Assembly (NCBI RefSeq): GCF_006345805.1
Contig: NC_042999.1
Span: forward strand, 122,078,001-122,142,000
DNA from: Octopus sinensis
Taxonomy: Eukaryota
Direction of reading: 5' to 3'
Length of the DNA stretch: 64,000 nt
Below the pieces are notes generated by a model, which searched no databases, was not told where the DNA came from, and worked only from the letters and a program-made list of their open reading frames with translations. Made by a program: the position numbers and the translations under genes. Shown piece by piece: positions 25,521-38,194 of the stretch. The number at the start of each line of letters is the position of its first letter. The first letter of the stretch is position 1.

Positions 25521-28500
25521 ATAATTATAAATTTGCTTGAAATAAAATTTACATAATATTCTTTGCCCATGTAATTCAATGACATGGCTTACTAATTACT
25601 TGAAAAATAGGTAAATAAGCATCCTTCAGATACTCAAAGATAAACAGGTTATAAATAATGAATTATGTGAGAATGAATATATGAAGGTTTGCTAAATTTT
25701 GACATGTGAACCCAAATGTCAAAATAAATAATTTTTTCACATATCTTATCATTAAGTTATATTTTTCTCTGGGCATTGAATTTGTGTTAAGAAAGGCACG
25801 ATCCAAAATTAATTATTTTTCAGTCCTGTATGTTTTTGGATATTTCTAGGCAATAAAATTTATAGGATTCTATCTGTATTATATCTAGTCTAAAAACTAT
25901 TATAACACCCTGGATGTATAACAGATATTATAACACCCAAGATGTATAACAGATCTTATATGTTTTTGCAAACTTGAAAATCATTGATGCATTGATAGAA
26001 TTAAAGAAAGAAAGAAATATGAGAGCTATATATGGATTTCAGTCTTGATAAAGTATTAAATTTTTCTATGGTAGCACCAATCATGTATTTTGTCATTCAA
26101 GACTCTCACTAAAATACATTTAGTTGCTGCAACCATAAAAAACATCAAACAGTAATTGTGGCTTTGGTGTATAAATGTAGATTATTCAGCAATCACATCA
26201 TAAAATTTTATTATCCGCAAAAAAAGGTACTAGACAGTAAACAATGCACTAGTTTATTTAAATGTATATATCTAAATATATTAATTTACTTATTCAAAAA
26301 AAGATTTCATTGTTATTAAATGTTTGAACAATGTCAGAGAATTCAATTTGAACTTATAAAGCAGGTAATTTTGACATTTTTATCTTCAAGCTGCTGGCTT
26401 TCCTGATATTGTTCAGACCTTGATGTAGTGTATTGCAATCAAATTTTCTCGGCATACATGTTAGGAAATTCTTATTACCAATTTCACTAGAACCATGATT
26501 GACATGTTACTGTGTTACTAACCTATGCCTTTAATGTTTGTATAAGTTTATCCAGCAGAGGGCCCATAACCACTGCAACCTAATCAAACCATGTATATCT
26601 CTAGAGATGGCTTGGTGAGATTGATATATTTAGTATTGAGTTTGTACTTATGCAGTTTTAGGAAGAAACAGAAAGAGAGAGAGAGAGATATATTATGTCC
26701 TTTACAGCTTCCAGTACCAGCTTCCAGTACTATGGTTACTAATGATATATGCCTCTTTTAAATAGATTCAAAGATTTCTCTTGAGCTTTCTTCATTTCAG
26801 CTAAAGTATTGAACAAAATTTCTATACAATGTCAGAATGTTACAGCAGATGTTATGAAAATAGTGGGTCCTCAAGTTTTGGATAAAGTGTGTCCTGTTAG
26901 AAATAGTTAGAGTAGGGGCCAGAACAGCAATCAAGAAAACAAAGAATGGGAGCTAATAGATGTAAAACATAAGGTGCCCTATCTCCACACAGTGTAATGG
27001 AATAGTTCAACAGGAAGCACATAATACCAAATGTAAGGGATATATAGAACTTATAAGAAGGCAAAAATATAAGATCATTCTAATGTCAGCAATGATTTAA
27101 ATCTTTGATGTAAAAACTTTGCTTTCATCAAAGCTTCAAAGAACATGATAAATTTGTGATGTAAAAGTTGTCTTTGGTGTATTTTGTGATGTAAAAATTG
27201 ATGGCTACAAAACAGGCTAGAGACTAAAATGGGTAGAAGAGCTGACTGTTTATGATGGTTTTCATCATCTTTAGAATACTAGGAGTGATAAATTGTTGTT
27301 GTAAAGTTACTATTCTCAGGGAAGTTAAAATGTTTGGGAGTATACTGCATAAAGTTAATGACAGGACCACCATTGAGATTGTTTATGTTATTACAGAAGT
27401 TTTCATAATAATAGCTATTTGATTATAATGGGGAGAAAAGTAGACTCAGAGAGGAGAATTTGTAAATGAATATTTCATAAGAAGCATTTTCTTGTTTGGA
27501 GCAAAATGAATGCTAATTGTCACATTTAACCAAAGAGTCTTAATTAACTAAATATTAGCTAAAATTATTATTTACAACGAAATTGTGATTGAGAAGAGAC
27601 AAACAGAAGAAGTGTAATTAGTAAAGATTTATGAAATTGTTTTCACATTTCTCAGAAAGCAGGGTTTTATTCAGGTGGGCAAGAAGAGATTGAAAACTTC
27701 CTGAGAGTATTCTTAGGGGTGGTTTACTTGTAGATGATTTTTACATCTGTGCTCACTCAAGGTTACATAGTCTAAGTGATGTTGCCACTTTCTTGTAGAA
27801 CAAGGTAAAAAATGACATAATGGAAGGAATTGTAATTTTCTTTAGTTAAACATATAAGAATATTTGGGGCTGATGGTGATGGTTAATTGTTCCCTATAAA
27901 AATTGCTGGCCTTGTGCTTAATTAAGAATTCATTATTATTAAAGTCTATTTTGCCACACCCAGCTGGTTTTGGTGTGGTTGAGCATAAGGAAATTTTGGG
28001 GATCCCTCAAATTCCTCTTGATTACTGCATAAACTGTTTGCTGTATAACTTAATGAATGGATAGGATCTTTAAATTTAGAGCATGGTAGCTTTAATATTT
28101 TTATTAATTGAGTGTAAATGTTCTTCTTTGTTAAATGCTAATCCCAACAATGCTAAATGTTTCTGTCACTACCCTAGGGACACTAATTTATCTGTCATGT
28201 TTGCAAATGGTTGTTTGTTTGTTTGAGCATTTTTTTTATTCATCAGCTTTGTCAGCACACTATTTTAAATATGTGTGAATATGTTGTCTCTTGCGATTTA
28301 TGGTTTCCATCACAGCAATCACAAAGACTTAATGTACTCTTTAATAAATCGTGTATATTTATTATTTTCTTTTGGTTTATATTTTCAAATTTTCTTAAAG
28401 GTTCTGTTTTCTATTACAGACTGGGTATTGACAGTTTCACAATAAAAATTATGCAAACACAATATCCTGCTATATACAAATACATGCATATAAGCACGCA

Positions 28501-31500
28501 TACACATGCACACATGCATGTGCACACATACACTCACTACACACACATATGCACACGCATATATGAGAAACATGGCAAAGTATATAACAAAGTAAAGAGA
28601 ATACTGAAAATCCAGGATATATTTGAAGTAACTCCCAGAATAAAATTCCATGCAGTTAACAAATTGATTGGATTATATGCTCTTCCTTCAGATGCATTAA
28701 AGCATATTATAGTCTTGTTTTATAAATATTCTTACTTGATGTTTTTGTTATGTAGACTTATCTGTCTAAAAATAGCAACCAGAATGGTTTTTCTTAAATT
28801 ATTTTCCAATGATGATGTGACTTTTTTCTTCAGCTCTAGAAGTGATTAAACTAATCTGATTGCTTTATTGACTGAATACTGGTTACTGAAGGATGACTGA
28901 AAGATGAGGATAAATTTTCAAATCTTCCTTGCAAATCTGATTTGATAGAGAAAAATCAATCTCAGCATGAGTTTTAATCAATCTCTAAAGGTTTCTCTTA
29001 ATGTAAGTTTCGTTGGAAGAGAAGATTTTAGTCAAGTTGACTTACTATTTTATTTAATTATCTGAACAAAAAAAAAGATTAAAATTATTACCCAATGCAG
29101 GAGACATGAAGATAGAAGTGATTAATTACAGTTAATGAATGACAAAAATATAAATAAAACTTGCCAGTGATACAGAACTTTATAAGTAAACTGTATCTAC
29201 TGAAATAGTATAAGAAAACCATTTGTTTATCAATATAATTAATGTGATCAAAGAATGACATCTTAAAACCTCCTAACTAATGATTTTCTCATATGCATGA
29301 CATTTTAGGCAAAGGGAAATGGAACGTCACGATGATTATAAATTTCTCTAAGGCATCGGAATTGTAAATAGGAAAAGAAGCCAAATTACTGTCTTACTGA
29401 GAACTTACTCTTAATATAACATATTCTTAAAGAGAGAATCTCTGTGCAAAGCTAGCTTTAACTGAAATTATACTTTTATTATTGAATTTGGCATAAACCT
29501 CATAAAATAGTTCTTCATTATTGTGAATACAACGCATCCATCTCATATTATCTTGAAATTAGCTTTGACAACCAATTGTCATTACATTATCATACTTGTT
29601 TATGCTTCTTTATAATTATGGCTATATGTCAGTTTTGAGCATTTCAAAACAGATTTTTTTGATGTTGCTGCACTGATTAATTATGAAAACTAATATTTTA
29701 GTTTTAATTCATTTGGTTTTAGGACCTTTCTCTTCATCCAGCAAATTTTTTAATGTTTACTTTCATCTGTGTTCAATTTTAACCCATTTTAACCTTGTGT
29801 CAAAAGGTTTTACAAACAACTGTCACTAAACATATGCTTTTTTTTTCTTTGCCATAAATGTTGCCTGCCTTGAGAAATCCAAATTACTCTTGGCTATTCA
29901 TGGCTACTTTTAAAATACTTATAAAATAAAGTATATTGGTATTTATTGTGATCATCATTGGAGAAACCCACATTTTTTACAATGAATAATTCTGGTAGCT
30001 GAAAAGTACTAAATAACACAAAATATGTTCCATCTTTAATTAGTACTTTCATATCTTAGTTATCACAATATTTAATCAAATTAAATAATATTTAATCTTA
30101 GTTATCACAATATTTAATCAAATTAAGGAAAATGTTATTCCTCTGATAAGCAGATACACCATCACAAATCCCCCTATAATCTGTGATCCATAGCATGACC
30201 GAGTCTCATTGCATAATAAATATTGGTTACTTCAGTACAACACTGGATCTACTTCACAACTGGAATACACTTATGTTTGAATGCACTTCCATATAATATC
30301 CTATTTCTAAATGCATCTACAGAGTGGTCTTCCTAAATTTTCAATATTACCAATATTATAATATAAATTAAAACATCAAATAATCAGATACTTTAAAATA
30401 TTGTTTAAATACAAAGCACATTATATATTTTTCATAAAATATTTTCTCCCAAAGGGAACACAAACTAAAGTATATAATAATGTTTTCTGAAACGTTTCAT
30501 AAAAGAGTAACTAGTATTAATAAATTAAGCTTCTAAACTATACTTGAAGGTACTGTCACTAACTATTACTTACCTCAGTTCTTTCAGATTTAATATGCAC
30601 AAATGATTTGTTGAGTCAAACTAAGAATGGAAATGTCTCATTTCTATTCATTGTTTTATAAGAAAAATGAGGTATTTTATGAGATTTGAAGTCACCTATC
30701 TCCATTTTCTTTGATGTATTAAAGAGTCTAAGACAAAAATCTTATATTTAATTATTTTACAAACTGACAAAACGCATTTAGTAAGATAATTCATACAAAT
30801 GAGATACATGATATATATACACACACACACACACATTTGATGTATGTATGTGTGCATGCATACATGTAACTGAAACACTGTCAACCCTTTCAATACTTAT
30901 CACACCCTTCCTTAGTAATTCAGATCTCCCACAACTTCTTACCAGCCACCCCTCTGATTCAATGAAATTAAAAGTAACTCATACCTCATATTGCATCTTA
31001 TAACAACTCTCTTTCTAAAGCAGGAAAATATGAAGTGCAAGAAAGAGAGGAATAGAGAGTCTGCTTGCTGTATTGTCATCTAATAATATTTTTCCCTATA
31101 TAAGTTAACACCAGTGTACATTGGGTGGTATCAGTATCCAACAAGAAATGCTCCTATTCTGATGCTTGACCTGCCAAAAATAGTAACCAAATTCCCCTCA
31201 AATCACTCACTATCATTTTAAATAAAGAATATACTGGATATTATAGTTTTTGGAATAAAAGTTGGATTGTCATTCTTGTAATCTTTTTCGTCATAGACCT
31301 TTTCAATCAGGGTTGATTTCAGGTTAAACAACAACTAAAATCACTTTTTGTTAACAAGGACAAATTTTTGTGAGGTCGCTTGACCTGTTTGATATAGCAG
31401 CCTAATTTCTCTCAGATCACACCTGGCTATCTTAAATTATAAAGTGCTACATTGGATAATGTGGTTCTCTCTCTCTCTCCCTCCCCCTCTCTCTCTCTCT

Positions 31501-31523
31501 ACATATATATATATATATATATA

Positions 31524-31675
31524 TGGTTGAAATTTACAAGAAAAAAGACAAAGACAGGTGTATTAGTTTAACAATTGGGAAGGTGTGAAAATGTTTTATG
31601 TTTCAAGCCTACATTCTTCAAAAGAAAGTAACACAAGGAAATAAACAGGGAAAGAATTAAAAAAATCTTTTGGAG
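31524..31675 (-). mobile_element. Degenerate Penelope-like 3' terminal fragment
   Basis: Weak match to 12301-12470 and 55631-55810 (aaagacaggtg...tattagt...tttca agcctacattcttcaaaagaaag); begins at (TA)n. Confidence 0.5.
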
Positions 31676-31690
31676 CTACATAAATGTATA

Positions 31691-31722
<32 letters not shown>

Positions 31723-31726
<4 letters not shown>

Positions 31727-32997
31727 CATGCAGGAAGTAAATAGACATCTTTAGTTTTCAAAATCTTTTATTTAATATGCAATGTGAACAATTGAAATGT
31801 AATTAATAGGTAGGACTACATACATTAGTGTTTAGTTAACATTCCATTTGCAGTTTTTAATTCAGAGACCCTTTTTGACATTGAATTGATGAGCTTTGTG
31901 ATTGTTTCTTGTAGAATTTCTGCCCACATTTCATGCAACAATCGAAACAATTCATCTTTAGATTTAGGTATCTGTTGAGTTTCTTATATAGCTCTATCTA
32001 GTAGGCTCCAAAGATTTTCAATTGGGTTCATGTCAGGAGATTGGCTTGGCCAAGGAAGCTTTCTGATCCCATTTTCAGTCAGCCATTGTTGATTCCTTTT
32101 TGCTGTGACATGGAGCCCTATCTTCCATAAATAAAAACTCATTTTGGTTATGTTATAGTATGAATACATCGGAAGTAGTCCTTGCTTAAGTATTTCGATG
32201 TATTTTTCAGAGTTTATGGTTCCAATACATTTGATCAGCTCAGAACGACCATTGCTGGTGACAGCTCCCCATACCATTACAGAGATACCGCCATGTTTCA
32301 CAGTTGGTTGGAGTCGTTTCAAATCAAAATCTTTATTGGGAAGCCTCCAGACTTAAACACGTCCACTGTCTGGAAATAATGCAAATCTAGATTCATCAGA
32401 GAAAATCACTCTATCCCAAAATGAACTGGATTTTTCTGACATCTTCTTAGCCCATTTCATTCTTTTCATGATATTAATTGGTTGAAGGAGAGGTTTTCTT
32501 CTAGCTGCTCGTCCATAATACCCAAGCTTATGCAGATATGTAACACATGTTCTTGGACTAACTTCTAGCTGTTTTGCAATGTTAGAAGCCTTTGAACGGG
32601 GTTCATTTTCCACAATTCTCTTCAAACAGCGAAGCTTCCTTTCCGAGGGCCCAGGTCAGCCGGGATGAGAATCTGTTGATTCTTTCCCTTGGCTTTTGAA
32701 TTGCACTGTAATTCCATTAACATTAGCAAGAGGAATTTGAAAATTTTTGGCAATTTTTCACTGGCTAAGACCAGCCTCAGATTGCCCAACAATACAACCT
32801 CTTTGAAAATCTGGCAGTTCTGCTGAATTTTTTGTGTGTGGCATGGTTACTCTTCGCATATGTTTAAAATAATGGCATCTGGAATGAAAAAAAATGATTA
32901 CATTGTAAATTTTACACTGCTGAAAGCAAAAACATATTAAGATGCTTAGATAAAAAATTTTGAAAATTAAAGGTGTCTATTTACTTCTTGCATATCC

Positions 32998-32998
<1 letters not shown>
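31723..32998 (-). mobile_element. Full-length decayed Tc1 transposon (1276 bp)
   Basis: 37-bp TIRs at 31723-31759 and 32962-32998 (5 mismatches); left end in (TA)n, right end followed by (TG)n then (TA)n. Confidence 0.92.
31825..32844 (-). pseudogene. Tc1 DD34E transposase pseudogene
   Basis: ATG at 32844. HTH region ELPDFQRGCIVGQSEAGLSQ*KIA; ARRKPLL; VIFSDESRF; PTVKHGG.SVMVWG; frameshifted MEDRAPCH; [15 protein letters not shown]. After repairing a 2-bp deletion there are 34 residues between the second D and E. Several in-frame stops. Confidence 0.92.
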
Positions 32999-33043
<45 letters not shown>

Positions 33044-33221
33044 TCATCATTATCAATGATATATATATGTGTGTGTTTGTGTGCATATAGACATCACTAA
33101 GGTGACTAAGAGTGCTAGTTAGAACCAGAATTTCTAGAAATAAAAGTCAGAACAACTTAACCATAGGGAAGCACTTATCTAATGACTGACAAGGGAGATA
33201 AGCTCCCTACAGCGAGCAAGA

Positions 33222-33275
33222 CATAGCCAGATCATCAATGATTTCAGATTTGATTAATACTCATCAGAGAATCTA
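33222..33275 (-). ncRNA. Degenerate hammerhead-like motif
   Basis: Minus strand CUGAUGA (33267-33261), imperfect stem II, GAAA (33245-33242), AUCAU-UG-AUGAU-C stem III with an AUC triplet; stem I pairs poorly. Confidence 0.4.
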
Positions 33276-33389
33276 ACCTGGTTGCTTTAGTGACGTCTGT
33301 ACTTGTGCCTTTTGGTTGTAAATTGCGAATAAGCTACCTTAATAGTTTATATACGTATATATATATGTCTTTATATATGTATATATAAA

Positions 33390-33650
33390 GACCCCCTTTG
33401 GTCATGAATGACCATGGGATTGCAGCTAGAAAGTTCCCTTCCAGGCATATTGTTTATAAAAGACTCTCCTCTCCATGCCACTGATGTTATCCAAGGGAAA
33501 AGACAAAGGCTGATACACCTTGACACCAGTGCTGCTGCAACTCATTTCTACAGCTGAGTGAAATGGAGGAGAATGAAATAAAGTGTCTTGCTCAAGAATA
33601 CAACACACATGACTGAGCCTATTGCTCTAACCACTGATCTATGCAACTTC
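33390..33650 (-). mobile_element. tRNA-derived SINE
   Basis: Right end is the reverse complement of a tRNA-like head (gtgtcttgctcaagaa...ctaaccactga); left part matches 5880-6065. Confidence 0.6.
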
Positions 33651-36600
33651 ACTATAAACAAGTTAGAATGACAAATTTATAATCAGTAATGGTTGAAGTT
33701 AATATGAAAGGGGTGTATACATTTGCAATTGGGAGAAATAGTGTTTCTATTATATTGTCTTATTGCTATTTAACACCCCCCCACACACACATATACATTA
33801 TATAAACCAGTTGAAAACCACCTGGAGGTGATATTACTATGTAATAAGTGGACTCTCTTTGCATTATATTTGCATGTGTCCACTTCTAAATAAATAATGA
33901 TGGCTTGTTATTACTTTCACTTGAATTGAAACATCTTCATTTATAATTATTGATATAAATATTTTTCCCCTGTTGAAATGTCTTTTAGCATGCTGATTGT
34001 GCATATTTTTTTTTTTTTTTGTTTTTGGGTTTATTTGAGGCTCCATTTTTAATTGTGCTACAGTGAACAGATACCTTTGCCTGCAATAAAGATATATTCC
34101 CATATGTAAATAAATAGATGAATAATGCTTGTATTCAGCTTTTACAATATCACTATGATTTGTGGATAGCACTGTTAGAATAAGCTGTATAGGAAATACA
34201 ATTAGTATTACTTCATAGATAAAGCTCTATGAATTTGAAATATAAATTCAGTCAAAAGAAAATGTGCATAATAATTTTATATGAAGAACTTTTGAAGACT
34301 ATAAACAAATAAATGTCCTTTGTTGATAGTCAAAGACACATGATTGTAGGATTAAGAGTTAACAAACAGTAACTTGAAATTAGGATGTGAATGCTAATAT
34401 ATAAGGCTGAAAGATCAGAAAAGAAATAAAAAAATATTGGCTGAGGTATAGTGTAGTGATGCAAAACCCTTTAGCTCATGTGAACATAAAAAAATTACCA
34501 ACACATCCTGAATGATTATAATTTCTCTAGAAATATTATGGCCAGTTTTAATTTAGATTAAGAAATTCTTCATTCTTTTTGCATGTATTCAATTTAAAAT
34601 TATTCATGTTAAAAACCTTAGATTTGTATGTGAACTGGAAATTGTAAGTTTAAAATATTTGTTCTTCCATGTGAGCACTTAAGCAAGTTTGTCTTATTTG
34701 GACACAAGCCTTGATTGCTGATTAGGTTAACTGTCATAAATAACATGGTGCCAGCTACTAGTGAAAAAGAATTACAAGTTATATGTCTTTATATAAAATG
34801 ATGTAAAAAAATGTATTAAAGTAGAATATTATAAGAAGAAATAAAATAATTTTTTGTTGCATATAAGTTGTTTAATTTTTTGTTGCCTATAAGTTGTTTA
34901 ATTTTTCGTTGAAACATTGCATGTTACTAATTGCAATTTTAAAATTTTGCATGCATTTCTTATAAAAAAAGTAAATAAACTGGAAAAAATAATAAAGAAA
35001 AAATATGAAAAAAACTTGTATTCAAGAAGGAAAAATTTAGAATGACAAATCTATAATCAGTAATGGTTGAAGTTAATACAAAGAGGTGTATATATTTGCA
35101 ATTGGGAGAAATGTTGTTTCTATTATACTATCTTATTACTAAGCACAAATGTTTCTATTTATTCATGTCTTTCAGTGTTTTCTCAATTTATCCATCAATC
35201 TAAACTGATACTATGGTTAAATATCTTTCTATGTTATAATTATGTGCATGCTATTTCCTGGAATTACTTTAAATCTTTCATTGTCTTAATATTTGAATTG
35301 AACCCTAAGATTCATAATACTCATATGTAGCTTCAAATCCAGATGCATTAAGCAAATAAGAGATAAATATTCTCACTAGTTAAGATATCAGTTTTTCACA
35401 AGTAACATTCACAAACTTGTTACCTATTCATGGAATTTGTATTTCCTTTACACTTTTCATTTCTTTTCACTTTCAACACTAAGAAACTACCTATCAGTTA
35501 TATTCAGAATGAATCAATTAAATATGAGGGGGCAGTTTTTATTTTAAATCATGAAGAGACTATATTTATATATAAATATATTATGACACTTTTTCAGAAC
35601 TGGAGAATTGTCTAAGTTCTGTTATTTATTTTCATTGTAAATTCTTTGCATAACTATTCAATTTATACTTTTGATATCTTTATGTATACAATAAACAAAA
35701 ATTTAGTCGATTATCAGCTTTTGTTTTGCTGTGTAGATGGAATCTGCTTCATATTTAGTAGAAATACTTGTTTGGAATTACATAGACATATAAAATGTTT
35801 AACATTTCTATTTGTTGTTCTTTGTTGTCTCCTTCCTTCTTTTCTTGATTGATGAGGGCCAGCTATAAATGTTGAGCTTTGGTTTAAGCAAGCAATAGTT
35901 TGAATTGTCCTTCAAAGAGCAATTGTATTACATTCAAAATATATAATTCTCTATAAACATGATATTAATAATATTAAATATAGTTTTAGTTTATTTCATT
36001 ATTTTTTTGCTTCTTATACAGAAGTTCTTGTCTGTTTTGACAGCAGATGTCAATCGTTTTCAGAGGTACCTTACACAATTTATGTTTCATAAAGATAAAT
36101 AGACATCTTATTTGTATTGCTATTCAAAATAACATCTCTCTCATTTTTGTTTGTTTGTTTTCATTCATTCTTTCAGTGATATTGTCAGATTTTCCTGGCA
36201 TACTCTGTTTCTATTTGATGCTTTCTTTTAGCTTGCAATCCAATTCTTTTTTTATTGTTATGCATATTTTATGGAATCACAGACTGGCAAAAAACATTCA
36301 GGGCATACAGGTTTGCTTTGATAGATAGTTCTAGCATTACCATATTTGTTAATTTCTGTTGTTAGATTATAGCGTTCTCCAATACTTTCATTTTCCATTG
36401 CTGTTGGTTAGTTAATTATTTTTATATAAGAAGCAATTTTCTTTACAAAGCTCACTAAGGAACTGGAACACTTCTTGTCTGCCATTGTTGAACTGCATTA
36501 TAGAGGATTTCAGCTTCATCAAAAAATACAAGTGTCTTATGCAAAAGGATTTCAGGTTTTTGAATAATTATGATAGTTGCTTATAGTAATGTTTAAATGA

Positions 36601-38158
36601 ATGGTAGATTGATTTTATTCATTGTAATTTTGTTTTATTTTTATTTTTGTCCATATGCTCATCAGATTGTTTGCATCCATCCCTGAATACTTATTTGTTG
36701 ATATAATATAAAATTTACTTAATATGTTTTTATAAAAATTCATGAAAATATTAATCTGGCTCAGAAAATTTTGTCAATTATTTAATTTGTTATGGCTGCA
36801 GCTTGCCTGTGCAACATATTCCGTGTGACTGCATTGCAGACATATTTGTTATGTGAAATAACTAGATAACTAATAATTTAGCTGAATACTTATAAAAATA
36901 AACACCTTTACAAAACTGCCAATTTAAAGTTGAAAATCATACTTTCAGTATAATTTAAAGCACATATTAACAAAGTAGTGTTTATGATTTCATTTGGCTT
37001 TCATTTTTATCCACTTAATTATGATACATTCTTAATCAATCTTGTTCTTTCAAAAATGTTTTCTATAATGCTATTATATTTCCTTTACATAATCAATTTT
37101 TGTTTTCATTAGTCTTAAAAACAATTATGTTACTCTTTCTATCCATGAAATGCTTCTACATGGATACAATTCATTGGCTGCTTTTAGCTGAATCATGAGC
37201 ATAAAGCCAAAAATTTAAGTCAAACAGGAAGAATCAAATACAAACACGAAGATGCACACATATGCACAAACATAATACTCATACATATATCCATGTATGC
37301 ACACCCACTCTCACACACATGCACAGTGCACACACACATACATACACATGCACATACTCATCACCCTCATCTTTTAACATCTGTTTCCCATGCTGGCATG
37401 GGTTTAACAGGAGCTGGTAAGGCGGGAAGATGTTCCAGGTTCCAGTGTCCATTTTGGCCTGATTTCTACAACTGGATGCTCTTCCTAATGTCAACCACTT
37501 TACAGAGTGTACTAGGTGCTTTTTATATGGCATCAGCACCAGTGTTTTTTACATGGCACTAACACTCTCAGGGTCACCAAGTAACTTGCAAGACAAAAAC
37601 CCTCATCTGGGAGGGGAAAGTATTATTGAGAGTGTATGGCTTTGTGCCAGTTGAGAAATATATGGTATAAAAAAGGGACAGATATAGGTGTCTTGCTGAA
37701 CAGTAGTTATATGGTTATCCCTGTTGGAAAACAAAGGAGAGTGAGTTAGAGAGTAAGATAAAGAGAGTGAGAGGGAGATGATGGTGAACATGTGTCAGGA
37801 CATTCCTTTTAGGGACATTGAAGGTGGTGGGAGTAGGTGCAGTGATACAGCGGTTTGGGCTTGGTGAGTGGGTAATGTAGTGATTGTAGCAAATAATGGA
37901 GAGAAATATAGGAGAGGCTCAGGACTGGGTGGGGTGTGCAGTGAGGGCATTGAAGGTAAGTGAGGTGTTGATGATGGAAAGCAGTACAAGAAGGGGAAAG
38001 AAGATGTGGAAAGGAGGTGATTGGTGGACATAAAGGAATTTCTAAAGTAAATCCAGTGGCATATACCTCCATACGGCTTTTGACATCAGGTAGTTGAATA
38101 CTGTGAATGGGCTTTTAACAGCATACTACAAGATCCATATGCCTGAATATAAAATTAT

Positions 38159-38194
<36 letters not shown>

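Noticed and set aside
26801-26910. Possible terminal exon after ttcatttcag (AKVLNKISIQCQNVTADVMKIVGPQVLDK...)
   Set aside because: Good acceptor but short and unrecognised; cannot be supported from sequence alone. The same applies to 3194-3376 and ~36270-36310.
28211-28849. 212-aa ORF
   Set aside because: Contains (CA)n-derived residues, has no recognisable domain, and has AT-biased composition typical of chance ORFs.
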